From positions 32,001-96,000 of the forward strand of contig JAUVNS010000006.1 in the NCBI GenBank assembly GCA_030599585.1: 64,000 nt of DNA. The letters run 5' to 3'. Of the stretch, positions 9,700 to 19,467 are shown in pieces. The first letter of the stretch is position 1. The number at the start of each line of letters is the position of its first letter. The translations under genes were made by a program, and so were the position numbers. Source of the stretch: Promethearchaeota archaeon (GTDB lineage Archaea; Asgardarchaeota; Lokiarchaeia; Sigyniarchaeales; SOKP01). Below the pieces are notes generated by a model. That model was not told the DNA's origin, made no database searches, and was given only the letters and a program-made list of their open reading frames with translations.

Positions 9700-10866
9700 A
9701 TGAAAAATTTCAATTATTATTTACCAACGAGTATTAGATACGGTTGGGGCCGTGTGAACGAAATTGGAAAAGTTACTTCGCGTTTAGGAAAAAAATGTCT
9801 TTTAGTTACAGTCAAACCCTTTCCCGCAATGAAACCTTTGTTTGAAAAAGTTATAACGCTATGTAATGAAGCAGGAGTTGAAGTAATTCATTTTGACGGT
9901 GTTATTCCCAATACAACCACCGATTCTATAAATCTAGCATCTGAAATGGCAATCAAAAACAACATTGATGTTGTATTAGGTGTTGGTGGTGGATCGAGCA
10001 TTGACACTGCCAAGAGTATTGCAGTAGGTGCTACTCATGAAGGAGATATATGGGATTATCGATTAAAACAAAAACGTATTAACAGTAAAAAGTTATTACC
10101 AATTGTTACCATTCCCACTACTTCAGGAACTGGAGCTGAAATCACAAGCGTAGCAGTTATAAAAAATCCTAAAGAAAAACTAAAGTCTGTGCTTGCAGAT
10201 TGGTCTTTATGTCCAAAAGTTAGTATCGTTGATCCTGAAACCACAATGACGGTTCCTTCATATATAACAGCTTCAACTGGCTTCGATGTTTTCTGCCATT
10301 TATTTGAAAGTTATTTGAATAAATTCTCGACATACATAGTTGATTTGATTGCTTTGGATTCTATAAAAATGGTAATTAAGCATCTACCAATCGCTATTGA
10401 AGATAGTTCAAATAAAGAAGCAAGAGAAGCTCTTTCTATGACTAGTACATTTGGAGGAATTTGCATAACAAATGTTGGAACCACACTTTTTCATGCAATA
10501 GGCATGTCTATAGGTGGAAATACCTCAAATATTATGCATGGAGAAGCCCTTGCGATAATGTATCCTGAAATAAATCGTTGGACTTGGAAGCATGCTGCAC
10601 AAAAATATGCAACCGTTGGTAGACTATTTAATCCAAATTTAATAAATGAATCTGATGTTGTCGCCGCAGAACAAGCGTGTATTGAAATAGAGAAGTTCAT
10701 AAAGAAAATTGGATTGTGGATAAGCTTAGAGGATAAAAATGTTTCTGAAGGTGATCTAAAAAAAATAGGTGATGATGCACTTGAAATCCCTAATTATAAG
10801 TTTCATCCTAAAGTTCCCAATCTTGAAGAAATAAATAACCTTATTAGAAGAAGTTATAAAAATTAA
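9700..10866 (+). CDS. Iron-containing alcohol dehydrogenase
   Basis: GGGSSID, PTTSGTGAE, metal ligands D.FCH, H (LFHA) and H (MHG). SD GAGGAG upstream. Confidence 0.92.
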   Translation: MKNFNYYLPTSIRYGWGRVNEIGKVTSRLGKKCLLVTVKPFPAMKPLFEKVITLCNEAGVEVIHFDGVIPNTTTDSINLASEMAIKNNIDVVLGVGGGSSIDTAKSIAVGATHEGDIWDYRLKQKRINSKKLLPIVTIPTTSGTGAEITSVAVIKNPKEKLKSVLADWSLCPKVSIVDPETTMTVPSYITASTGFDVFCHLFESYLNKFSTYIVDLIALDSIKMVIKHLPIAIEDSSNKEAREALSMTSTFGGICITNVGTTLFHAIGMSIGGNTSNIMHGEALAIMYPEINRWTWKHAAQKYATVGRLFNPNLINESDVVAAEQACIEIEKFIKKIGLWISLEDKNVSEGDLKKIGDDALEIPNYKFHPKVPNLEEINNLIRRSYKN

Positions 10867-10933
10867 ATATCTAAGCATTTTTTATTACTATTTATTTAAA
10901 TTATGAGGTGAAAAAATAATTTCTAATAAAATA

Positions 10934-11845
10934 ATGACTATGGAAGAGGCAATAAAGAAATCTGTTCTTAACAATGATTTAGTTTTTTTAGGTGGATTTT
11001 CTAATGGTATTCCATTTTCCGCTGCTCATGAGATTATAAGACAAAATAAAAGGAATCTTAAGATATGTAAATGTAGTGGGGGAATGCTGTTTGATCAATT
11101 AATAGGAGCAGGAGTTACAGATCAAATAATTACATCACATTGCTGGAACCCCCATGGTCCACAACCAGCTTGGAATCTTAAGAGAGCGATAGAGGAAGGA
11201 ATACCTCAAAAAATAGTCTATAATGAGCAATCACTCTTTATGATCAACATGTCTTTTTTTGCTGGTTATATGGGTGTGCCTTTTATGCCGATTCGTTCAA
11301 TTATTGGGACCGATATTTACGATCATCCCAAAGAAGTTGGATTAAAAGCAGCGGTAATGGAATGTCCTTTTACTGGAGAAGAACTTTGTGTTGTTCCTGC
11401 TATAAATCCCGATGTTGGAGTTATCCAGGTACAACGGTCAGATAGTGAAGGTAATGCACAAATGTGGGGATTAATTGGTGATACAAAGTTTGGTATTAAT
11501 TCATGTAAAAAAATAATTGTAGCTGCAGAAGAAATTGTAGATAAAAAAGTAATTATGGAATCTCCCGAACGTACAATCGTGTCTGCAAATAAGGTTGATG
11601 CGGTTGTGCATGAACCTTGGGGAGGTCATCCTAGCTACATACAAGGCTTTTATTACATCGATTTAGAATATAGATTTAATTATGCTAAAGAAACTAAAAC
11701 AGTAGAAGATTGGGAGAATTGGCTTGAAAAATGGGTCACTGGGGTAGATGATCGAGAAGAATATCTGAAAGTATTGGGAACTGAAAAAATAACGAAATTA
11801 AAAGCAAAAAGTCTTATACAAGGAGCTGTCGATTATGGATATTGA
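10934..11845 (+). CDS. gctA: CoA-transferase subunit A (glutaconate CoA-transferase-like)
   Basis: HEIIRQ, D.LIGAG, CPFTGE.L..VPA.NPD, D.EGN, AEEIV and P.GGHPS motifs. The true start may be ATT at 10919. Confidence 0.85.
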   Translation: MTMEEAIKKSVLNNDLVFLGGFSNGIPFSAAHEIIRQNKRNLKICKCSGGMLFDQLIGAGVTDQIITSHCWNPHGPQPAWNLKRAIEEGIPQKIVYNEQSLFMINMSFFAGYMGVPFMPIRSIIGTDIYDHPKEVGLKAAVMECPFTGEELCVVPAINPDVGVIQVQRSDSEGNAQMWGLIGDTKFGINSCKKIIVAAEEIVDKKVIMESPERTIVSANKVDAVVHEPWGGHPSYIQGFYYIDLEYRFNYAKETKTVEDWENWLEKWVTGVDDREEYLKVLGTEKITKLKAKSLIQGAVDYGY

Positions 11846-12671
11846 TGAAAATATATATTGTAAGGAATATACCGGCTTTGAGATGATGCTAGTCTCAGCA
11901 TGTAGACAGATTAAAGATGAAGATATTGTATTTAATGCTTTTCATTGGCCGTTTCTTGCGGTTCATATGGCAAAATTACTTCATGCCCCAAATCTTTTCA
12001 CAGTATTAGAAGTTGGTTTGTTTCAGGACGAGCTTCCTAAACCCGATAAACTTCCGTATTCGATTAGTGATCCAGTTTTAATCCCAAATTCATTGTTTAT
12101 CGGAGATTCTATTGATGCATTATCAGTTCTTCAACGTGGTGAAGTCACTCTGGCACTATTAAGTACATCTAGTATTGATAAGTATGGAAACTGTAATACC
12201 ACTGTAATTGGCCCTTATCAAAAGCCGATTTATCGATTACCAGGGGGCGGAGGAGCTACAGAAATAGCAGGTTTATCAAAAAGAGTGATTTATCTTGTAG
12301 ACGACCATTCAAAACGTAGATTTATTAAAAAATTGGATTTTATCACCGATCCGGGATATTTAAAAGGCTATGATAGTCGAATTAAAGCGGGATATCCTCC
12401 TGATACTGGTCCTGAGGCTATAATTTCACCTCTTTGTATTATGCGATTTGATTCCGTGACTAAAGAAGCGTATCTGGACGCTTTAAATCCAAATGTTACT
12501 ATAGACCAAGTAAAAGAAGTCACTGATTGGGACCTAAATGTTGCAAAAGAAGTGAAAGAAGTCGAACCACCTACAATCAGAGAAATCGAAATATGTCGAA
12601 AAACTATGAAAGACGCAATCGACCAATATTATATATTAAAGCCAGAATGGACCAAGTATCTGGATAAGTAA
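11835..12671 (+). CDS. gctB: CoA-transferase subunit B (glutaconate CoA-transferase-like)
   Basis: HAPNL...LEVG (catalytic Glu region), IDKYGNCNTT and RLPGGGGA. Overlaps subunit A. Confidence 0.85.
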   Translation: MDIDENIYCKEYTGFEMMLVSACRQIKDEDIVFNAFHWPFLAVHMAKLLHAPNLFTVLEVGLFQDELPKPDKLPYSISDPVLIPNSLFIGDSIDALSVLQRGEVTLALLSTSSIDKYGNCNTTVIGPYQKPIYRLPGGGGATEIAGLSKRVIYLVDDHSKRRFIKKLDFITDPGYLKGYDSRIKAGYPPDTGPEAIISPLCIMRFDSVTKEAYLDALNPNVTIDQVKEVTDWDLNVAKEVKEVEPPTIREIEICRKTMKDAIDQYYILKPEWTKYLDK

Positions 12672-12679
12672 AAAATTTA

Positions 12680-13729
12680 TTACAGTAAATTTTCTATAAA
12701 TTTTTTAATTTTTTCCATAGCTCCATTTGATTCAGGTAAATCAGTATTATGAAATACATGTATAGTATCATCCCACGTTTGCATTGATATCTTAACCCCC
12801 GCTTTTTTCGCACGTTCATAAAATCTTTTAGAATCATCATATAACATTTCACTTGTACTTACTTGAAGCAAAATAGGAGGTAAGTTTTTTAAATCAGCAT
12901 ATAGAGGAGAAACAGTAGGATCATAAGGGTTTTTGCCTGCTAAATGAGATTCCACCCACCAGATGTAGCCTAAATCCCCTAAAATAATATCAGTGGAAGA
13001 ATTTTTTTTTATTGAATCACCTGTTATCGTCATATCTGTTGATGGTGAAAGCCCTATTGCTCCTGCGGGTAATAAAATTCCATTATCTCGTAGTTTAAGT
13101 AAAGTCATAAAGGTGTAATACCCTCCCGCAGAAGATCCAGCAATTATTATACTTTTAGATTGAAATCCAGAGGAAAGAAGCCATTTGTAAACAGAAACAC
13201 AATCTTCCAATGCTGCAGGATGAGGTTCCTCTGGAGCAAGACGATAATTTATGCTTAAAACCTTCAAGTTAGTCGATTTTGCTAATTTCAAGGTGAAGAA
13301 CTTATGACTGTTTGAAGACCCCATAATATGACCCCCTCCATGAATGTATAAAATGATGCGATCTTCTCTTGCTCCACGATAGTAAAACCATTCGCAAGGA
13401 ACATTATTGGCATTAACTGGTTTTCTTATTATTTCATCTGTAAATGGAAATAATTGTTCCATATAGTCTGCGCTATATTCCATATAAAACCTAAGATGTT
13501 CTGCTAAAAGTAACTTCTCCTTCATAGTTAGCATATTTTTCACATCTTCTCCATTAAGCCAACGACTATTCAAATCTCCTACTTTTTTCCAAATCGGGTT
13601 GTAATCATCCTCTGTATAAGTTACGCTTTTAAAAAAGGCTTTGTTAACTTGAGTCAAGAAATTTTGGCGGATTTCAAAAATTTCAAGGATTTCAGGTCGA
13701 ATAATTTTCGACTTATCAACTATAGGCAC
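12680..13729 (-). CDS. HSL-family alpha/beta hydrolase (esterase/lactone hydrolase-like)
   Basis: HGGG, YRLAPE, GSSAGG nucleophile, E.LYDD and HVF. GTG start with an SD-like GAGTG. Confidence 0.88.
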   Translation of the reverse strand: MPIVDKSKIIRPEILEIFEIRQNFLTQVNKAFFKSVTYTEDDYNPIWKKVGDLNSRWLNGEDVKNMLTMKEKLLLAEHLRFYMEYSADYMEQLFPFTDEIIRKPVNANNVPCEWFYYRGAREDRIILYIHGGGHIMGSSNSHKFFTLKLAKSTNLKVLSINYRLAPEEPHPAALEDCVSVYKWLLSSGFQSKSIIIAGSSAGGYYTFMTLLKLRDNGILLPAGAIGLSPSTDMTITGDSIKKNSSTDIILGDLGYIWWVESHLAGKNPYDPTVSPLYADLKNLPPILLQVSTSEMLYDDSKRFYERAKKAGVKISMQTWDDTIHVFHNTDLPESNGAMEKIKKFIENLL

Positions 13730-13812
13730 TAATCAACACTCTTTTCATAAACTTAATGTCTACTAGAATTCTAGAATAGTAACTATTTTAATCAATTCCT
13801 ACTTAGTAACGG

Positions 13813-13830
13813 ATTCTACGTAAGTAATTT
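13813..13830. promoter_or_regulatory. Candidate operator, one mismatch (ATTCTAC-GTAA-GTAATTT)
   Basis: Near match to TTAC-N4-GTAA upstream of the minus-strand esterase. Confidence 0.4.
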
Positions 13831-13954
13831 CATAATCTCACATACTATTTTCATAGCTTAATATCTTCTAAGATCGATGTATTAAAACTTTGAGTGAATG
13901 CAAAAATTGAAATTGCTGTATTTGTATAAAGATGTGATTTTAATATGATTAAAA

Positions 13955-13972
13955 ATTTTACTGAAGTAATTT
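13955..13972. promoter_or_regulatory. Candidate operator ATTTTAC-TGAA-GTAATTT
   Basis: Exact core at 13958-13969, about 60 bp upstream of the acyl-CoA dehydrogenase. Confidence 0.5.
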
Positions 13973-14027
13973 TAATTCGAGAGAAACAGAAATTAAAAAG
14001 TTAAGAAAAATAGATAAATATTGAATC

Positions 14028-15245
14028 ATGTTGGGACACATAAATTTTGAAGATTTGGAACTAAAGTTTGGATATTCCTGTATGCCGAATAGGTTACATT
14101 ATTATTCGAAAGAAGAAAACGATTTTAGAATGGAAGTTCGCGAATGGTGTGAAATAAATGTTGTACCAGTCGCAGAACAGATAGATAGAAATAGAGATAA
14201 GGAATTAGCTGTAAAGACTTTAAAGAAAATGCCATATCTTGATATGACCATCCCAAAAGAAGCCGGAGGTCAAGGTAAAGCGATTCTATATCGCACTATT
14301 TTAGGAGAGGAATTAACTGCTTTTAGTTATGCCTTAGCGGGTGTTTATGGAGCGTCATCTTGCCTGTTTGCTGGTCCGATTATTGAATTTGGTACTTCTG
14401 GTCAGAAAAAGAAATACTTATCTGGTATCGGAAATGGATCAAAACTCGGTGCAATTGCTATTACAGAGCCAACAGGTGGTTCTGATGCAATTGGTGGTAT
14501 GAGATTGAGAGCAATCCGAGATGGTGATCATTATATCTTAAATGGTGAGAAATGTTTCATTACTAATGGAAGCGTAGCTGATTATCTATGTTTGTATACA
14601 ATAACCAATGATCAGGTTAGATCACACAAAGGAATGACTGCCTTTATTTTTGAGACAGATACACCAGGGTTCGAAGTGGTCAAAGATTATAAGCATATGG
14701 GGAGAAGAGGTATGCCAAACTCGCATTTAAGATTTACCAATTGTAGAGTTTCCGTTGAAAATATGCTTCACAAGGAAAATGAAGGTCTTGATGTACTACT
14801 TTATGGATTAGATGGTGAACGTACTTTTACTGCATCTCAATACGTCGGTTTAGCAAGAAGCGCGTTTGAAATTGCTTACAGATATGCTCATAAACGAGAA
14901 CAATTCGGAAAAACATTATATAAGATGGAAGGAATTAGCTTTAAACTTGCTGAAATGTTCATGGATATAGAATTAAATCGAATTGCAATGGTGCAAATTG
15001 CGCGAATGCTTGATAATGGTCATTACTTAAGAGCAACAGTTGCAGCATTGAAAGCTAAAATAGCTGATGCCACTGTACGAATTACACAAGAAGCGATTCA
15101 AGTTGTTGGTGGTTTGGGATATACTGAAGAATACCCATTAGAACGATATTATAGAGATGCTAAAATCGGGCAAATATCAGCAGGTACATCAGAAATTATG
15201 AGATATCTTATCACAAGAGAAATGGTCCGAATGTGGGGAAAGTAA
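14028..15245 (+). CDS. Acyl-CoA dehydrogenase (IVD/LCAD-type catalytic Glu placement)
   Basis: AITEPTGGSDA, LNGEKCFITNG, REQFG, ERYYRDAK. Has GLDGER and ISAGT instead of IYEGT. Confidence 0.92.
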   Translation: MLGHINFEDLELKFGYSCMPNRLHYYSKEENDFRMEVREWCEINVVPVAEQIDRNRDKELAVKTLKKMPYLDMTIPKEAGGQGKAILYRTILGEELTAFSYALAGVYGASSCLFAGPIIEFGTSGQKKKYLSGIGNGSKLGAIAITEPTGGSDAIGGMRLRAIRDGDHYILNGEKCFITNGSVADYLCLYTITNDQVRSHKGMTAFIFETDTPGFEVVKDYKHMGRRGMPNSHLRFTNCRVSVENMLHKENEGLDVLLYGLDGERTFTASQYVGLARSAFEIAYRYAHKREQFGKTLYKMEGISFKLAEMFMDIELNRIAMVQIARMLDNGHYLRATVAALKAKIADATVRITQEAIQVVGGLGYTEEYPLERYYRDAKIGQISAGTSEIMRYLITREMVRMWGK

Positions 15246-15251
15246 GGGTGA

Positions 15252-16049
15252 ATGAATATGGAAGGAAAAGTTAAACTTGATATCGAGGACAAAGTTGCTA
15301 AAATAGTTCTCAACGATGCAGAAAATTATAACCCATTGAACAAAGAGATGGGAAAAGAGTTACTCGGAGTTTTAGAAAAACTTAGAGACAACAAAAATGT
15401 GAGATGTTTAATGATCACTGGTTCTGGCAAAGCCTTCTCTGCAGGTGGCGATATTAAAGCTTTTAAGGACAGTATTGAAAAGGGGAGACCAGGGGAAGCT
15501 ATGGATGAACTATTGAAAAGTCTCTATAAGATTGCCCTAGTATTGCGTCAATATCCAAAACCAGTAATAGCTGCTGTAAATGGTTGGGCAGTTGGGGCGG
15601 GAATGAATCTTGCACTCTCCTGTGATCTAATCATTGCATCGAGTAAAGCCAAATTTAGACAGTCGTTTAGTAAGCTTGCATTAATTCCCGGATTTGCGGG
15701 AACCATGCTTCTTAGCCGCCAATTAACCTGGCAACAAGCAACTGAAATGGCGTTTTTTGGAGATACGTACACAGCGGAGGATATGCTTAAATTAGGGTTT
15801 GTTAATGAAGTTGTTGACTCCGAAAAATTAATGGTAAGAGCTAATGAGATGGCATCGAAACTCGCTAGTGGTCCAACGCTGACTTTCGCGCGTACGAAGA
15901 AGTTATTTTTTGATGCTTTAAGTGATCCTCTAATAGATCATCTTGAAAACGAAAGGCAAATGCAGATAAAATCAGCAGAAACACAAGATTTTAAAATTGG
16001 TGTTTTTGCTATTAATGATAAAAAAGAACCAGAATTTATTGGTAGATAA
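15252..16049 (+). CDS. Enoyl-CoA hydratase/isomerase (crotonase) family protein, PaaG-like
   Basis: AFSAGGDI and PKPVIAAVNGWAVGAG. Six bp downstream of the ACAD. Confidence 0.9.
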   Translation: MNMEGKVKLDIEDKVAKIVLNDAENYNPLNKEMGKELLGVLEKLRDNKNVRCLMITGSGKAFSAGGDIKAFKDSIEKGRPGEAMDELLKSLYKIALVLRQYPKPVIAAVNGWAVGAGMNLALSCDLIIASSKAKFRQSFSKLALIPGFAGTMLLSRQLTWQQATEMAFFGDTYTAEDMLKLGFVNEVVDSEKLMVRANEMASKLASGPTLTFARTKKLFFDALSDPLIDHLENERQMQIKSAETQDFKIGVFAINDKKEPEFIGR

Positions 16050-16219
16050 ATTAACATAGTAGAATTGTTAACTCATTATGAGGGAATCGGCTAATTTCAA
16101 TAAAGAACTTGCTTTACCATGAGAAGAATTCAATTGATCTAATAATAATAGATAAATAAAGATTTAACTTATGCAATTTTAAACAGAAATTGGCGTAAAT
16201 AAAAAAAAATAATTAGTAG

Positions 16220-17512
16220 CTACCACAATGTCATTGATTCAGTGAAAAGCTGTCTTAGATCTTCAGCACTGGCTGGTCTAGGACTCAATTTAGTTACACG
16301 ATGCTGAGGCAAAGTTCCTTGAACTAATTCCTCTATATCGTTTGAACCATACCCAACAGCTCTTAAACCATTAGGCATCCCTGTGGCTCGCATTAGTTTA
16401 ATAATTTCATTTGCAAGAATTTCACCAGCATCTTTTTTGTCTGAGTCAGATATATCAACACCCATAAGTTGGGCAGTGTACAAGTGTAACTCTGGATTAG
16501 TACTAGCGGTGAAACGAAATACAGCAGGTGAAACAAGTACTACACACATACCGTGTGGAATAATTGGATACTCTGATTTTATTCCTTCAGGTTTGTATTC
16601 TCTTACCATCCCTGACACCGGATAGGACATCCCATGGGCTAAATGAACCCCTGCATTGCCAAAACCTATACCTGCAAAGGTAGATGCTAGGATCATTTCA
16701 GCTCGCGCTTGATCATCGGACGGGTTTTGAACAACACGAACAATGTTTTTCGAAACCATTTCGACCGCCTTGGACGCCCAAAGATGGCTAATCGGATTGG
16801 CACCTTGGTAAGCAGGACGCATCTCAAGGCTTTCAGGAGCAGGTCGTTGATGGTAAGGGAGGGCAGTTATTGATTCCAACGCGTGACAAATAACATCGAA
16901 ACCACAGGAGGCAGCGACTATCTTTGGTACAGTTCGAGTGTTATTTGGATCGATGATTCCTATTAAAGGCCGTAATGCCCGATGTGCAATACCAGTTTTC
17001 GCATGCATTGCTTCTAAATCGAAAATCGCAACTCCAGTTGTTTCACTTCCAGTACCCGCGGTTGTTGGAATTGCTATCATTGGTTTTAAAGGTCCTGGAA
17101 TGGGTTGACCCTTCCCGATTGGAGCGTTGACATAATATAAAAAGTCGGCGGGGTATGTCGAGAATAAATTGGCGATCTTTGCAGTATCCATGCTCGAACC
17201 CCCCCCAATGCCTAGAAAACCATCGAAGTTACCATCAATTGCGAATTTGATCACCTCCTTAAAGGAAGTATCCGTAGGTTCTACTCGTGATCGATCATAC
17301 AAAACAGTTTCTATGTTTACATCTTGTAAAGCTTCAAGTGCAACTGAAACGGGTTCACTATCACTCAAGTTAGGATCTGTAACTACCATAACTCGACTGG
17401 AACCAAGCTTTTTCATGTCATAACCCACCTCACGAGTAACACCAGGACCATATTTGATACTGGATGTAGCCATCGTGAAAGCTGTTTCAAATTTATGTTC
17501 TCGGTTTGTCAT
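16220..17512 (-). CDS. Hydroxyacid-oxoacid transhydrogenase (ADHFE1/HOT family)
   Basis: GVTREVGYD, YVNAPIGKG, PTTAGTGSETTG, KTGIAHRALRP, RPAYQGANP, FGNAGVHLAHGMSYP and LPQHRVTKLSP, all HOT-family motifs. Confidence 0.92.
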   Translation of the reverse strand: MTNREHKFETAFTMATSSIKYGPGVTREVGYDMKKLGSSRVMVVTDPNLSDSEPVSVALEALQDVNIETVLYDRSRVEPTDTSFKEVIKFAIDGNFDGFLGIGGGSSMDTAKIANLFSTYPADFLYYVNAPIGKGQPIPGPLKPMIAIPTTAGTGSETTGVAIFDLEAMHAKTGIAHRALRPLIGIIDPNNTRTVPKIVAASCGFDVICHALESITALPYHQRPAPESLEMRPAYQGANPISHLWASKAVEMVSKNIVRVVQNPSDDQARAEMILASTFAGIGFGNAGVHLAHGMSYPVSGMVREYKPEGIKSEYPIIPHGMCVVLVSPAVFRFTASTNPELHLYTAQLMGVDISDSDKKDAGEILANEIIKLMRATGMPNGLRAVGYGSNDIEELVQGTLPQHRVTKLSPRPASAEDLRQLFTESMTLW

Positions 17513-17569
17513 TTCTACAAAACCTTTTTTTTAGTTTTACTTTTATTATTGGTTTTTTTGTTTAACACA

Positions 17570-19048
17570 TTAATCCCACGGAATTTCGGTAGTTCCATGG
17601 AATTTTTCGATCACAACTACTTCTTTGGTATAGAACTTTATTACTTCAGGTCCTTGTGCCCGAAGTGACCCAAAGAAGGAATCTTTTGCTCCAGCAAATG
17701 GAAACCATGCAATAGGTGCCACAATACCAATATTGATACCGATTTGTCCCGCGTTTGAATTATAGCGGAATTCCCGTGCTTCTAACCCATTTTCTGTATA
17801 GATTGTGATTGCATTACCCATAGGATGTGCATTGCTAATTTCAATTGCTTCAGGTAATGTATCTACTCGATCAAGACACACAACAGGACCAAAGATCTCA
17901 TCGTCATATACTTTCATCCCTGGCTTAGCTTTCTCATACACGCAAGGACCTAACCAATAACCTTTAGGATATCCTTCAATTTTTAAATCTCTTCCATCTA
18001 AGATTAATTCTGCTCCTTCATCAACTCCGTCTTGAATTTGCTGAAGTAATGTTGCCAAAGCTTTCTTAGATACGATAGGTCCCATAGCATTTTCCTTATC
18101 CATTCCGTATCCAATTTTTAGCGCATTTGTAGCTTCAAGAAATTTTTTTTTGAAATGGACATAATATTCTTGACTACCCACAACCATTATGACAGATCCT
18201 GCCAAACATCGCTGTCCTGTATTACCAAAACAAGAATTCATCATATTTGGCATGATCGAATCAAGATTGGCTTGTTCAGTAACCACTAAAAAATTATTGG
18301 CACCACCATGACATTGTGCGCGTTTACCTGCATTGGATGCGGTTTTATAAATATGAGAAGCAATAGGGGTTGATCCTACACTTGATACAGCTTTAATTAA
18401 GGGATGTTTAATTAAATAGTCACCTTTAGCTGCATTACAATGGAGGTAGTTGATAACACCTTTTGGAAATCCTGCTTGATCAATATATTCGGTCATTAAT
18501 TGCATAGGAAGGGGTGTTTGTGAGTTGGATTTAATGATAACTGTATTTCCTGTTGCCACAGCAAAGGGTAAAAACCAGAATGGGATCATTGCGGGGAAAT
18601 TGAAAGGTACAATGATTAAAACAACACCTAAAGGTTCAAGAACGGAATATTCGTCAATGCCAGTGCCAATGTTTGACATAAATTGTCCTTTTTGGATTTC
18701 TGGAACAGATAATGCGGCTTCTACCATTTGATATCCTCGAATTACTTCTCCACGGGCAGCAGCCCATTCTTTTCCGTGATTTACAACGACTGCTTCTGTG
18801 ATTTTATCCAGATTTTCAATTAAAAGTTGGTGCAATTTAATTAACGGATGAATTCTTGTTATTCCAGGGGTATCTCGCCAGCCAGGAAATGCTGCTTGAG
18901 CCATAGCTATAGTTTCATCAATTTCTTCATGGGTAGAATTCGGCTTTAAAGCAATTACTTCATCCTTCGCAGGATTCATAATATCGATAAATTGGGTGCT
19001 TTTTGAAGCAACAAATTTCCCATTTATATAATTTTTTAAGATATTCAT
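17570..19048 (-). CDS. mmsA: CoA-acylating methylmalonate/malonate-semialdehyde dehydrogenase
   Basis: PFNFPAMIP.WF.P, VGSTPIA, KRAQC.GGANN, GNTGQRCLA (catalytic Cys), EIFGPV and F.GAKDSFFG. Confidence 0.9.
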   Translation of the reverse strand: MNILKNYINGKFVASKSTQFIDIMNPAKDEVIALKPNSTHEEIDETIAMAQAAFPGWRDTPGITRIHPLIKLHQLLIENLDKITEAVVVNHGKEWAAARGEVIRGYQMVEAALSVPEIQKGQFMSNIGTGIDEYSVLEPLGVVLIIVPFNFPAMIPFWFLPFAVATGNTVIIKSNSQTPLPMQLMTEYIDQAGFPKGVINYLHCNAAKGDYLIKHPLIKAVSSVGSTPIASHIYKTASNAGKRAQCHGGANNFLVVTEQANLDSIMPNMMNSCFGNTGQRCLAGSVIMVVGSQEYYVHFKKKFLEATNALKIGYGMDKENAMGPIVSKKALATLLQQIQDGVDEGAELILDGRDLKIEGYPKGYWLGPCVYEKAKPGMKVYDDEIFGPVVCLDRVDTLPEAIEISNAHPMGNAITIYTENGLEAREFRYNSNAGQIGINIGIVAPIAWFPFAGAKDSFFGSLRAQGPEVIKFYTKEVVVIEKFHGTTEIPWD

Positions 19049-19107
19049 GGTTCACATCTAAATTTTAAATTATTTTAAGTTATAAAAGTTTTTATCCATT
19101 TTTTTTT

Positions 19108-19125
19108 TAATTACTTATGTAAATT
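19108..19125. promoter_or_regulatory. Candidate operator TAATTAC-TTAT-GTAAATT
   Basis: Exact core at 19111-19122, about 60 bp upstream of the mmsA start. Confidence 0.5.
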
Positions 19126-19467
19126 TGTGGTGATATACATTCAACTGAAAAATGCTTAAAACCGAGTTTTAAAAAAAGATTATATACCTATTTGATATTT
19201 CTTTATTAGAAGATTATAAAATTGATACAATGCGAATTAAAATAGGTTATTAAAATTGGTTGGATTTAACCACCAAAAAAATTATTCTATGCCGTAACAA
19301 TGTGGTTTGTATCCACCACCTCCAATAGAATACAAAAAAGCAAGAGGAATTAGTTACATCTATACGAATTTCATACAGTTGATAAAAGAGTTAATTAATA
19401 TTAGACCTATTTTTAATAACAAAGAGAAATTAATCTAATTATAATTTTAATATGAGAAATAGTAATA

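Noticed and set aside
14028-19048. Complete propionate shunt (ACAD, hydratase, HOT, MMSDH)
   Set aside because: The ACAD has IVD/LCAD-type catalytic placement and the crotonase lacks hydratase acids, so only the HOT-MMSDH part is supportable.
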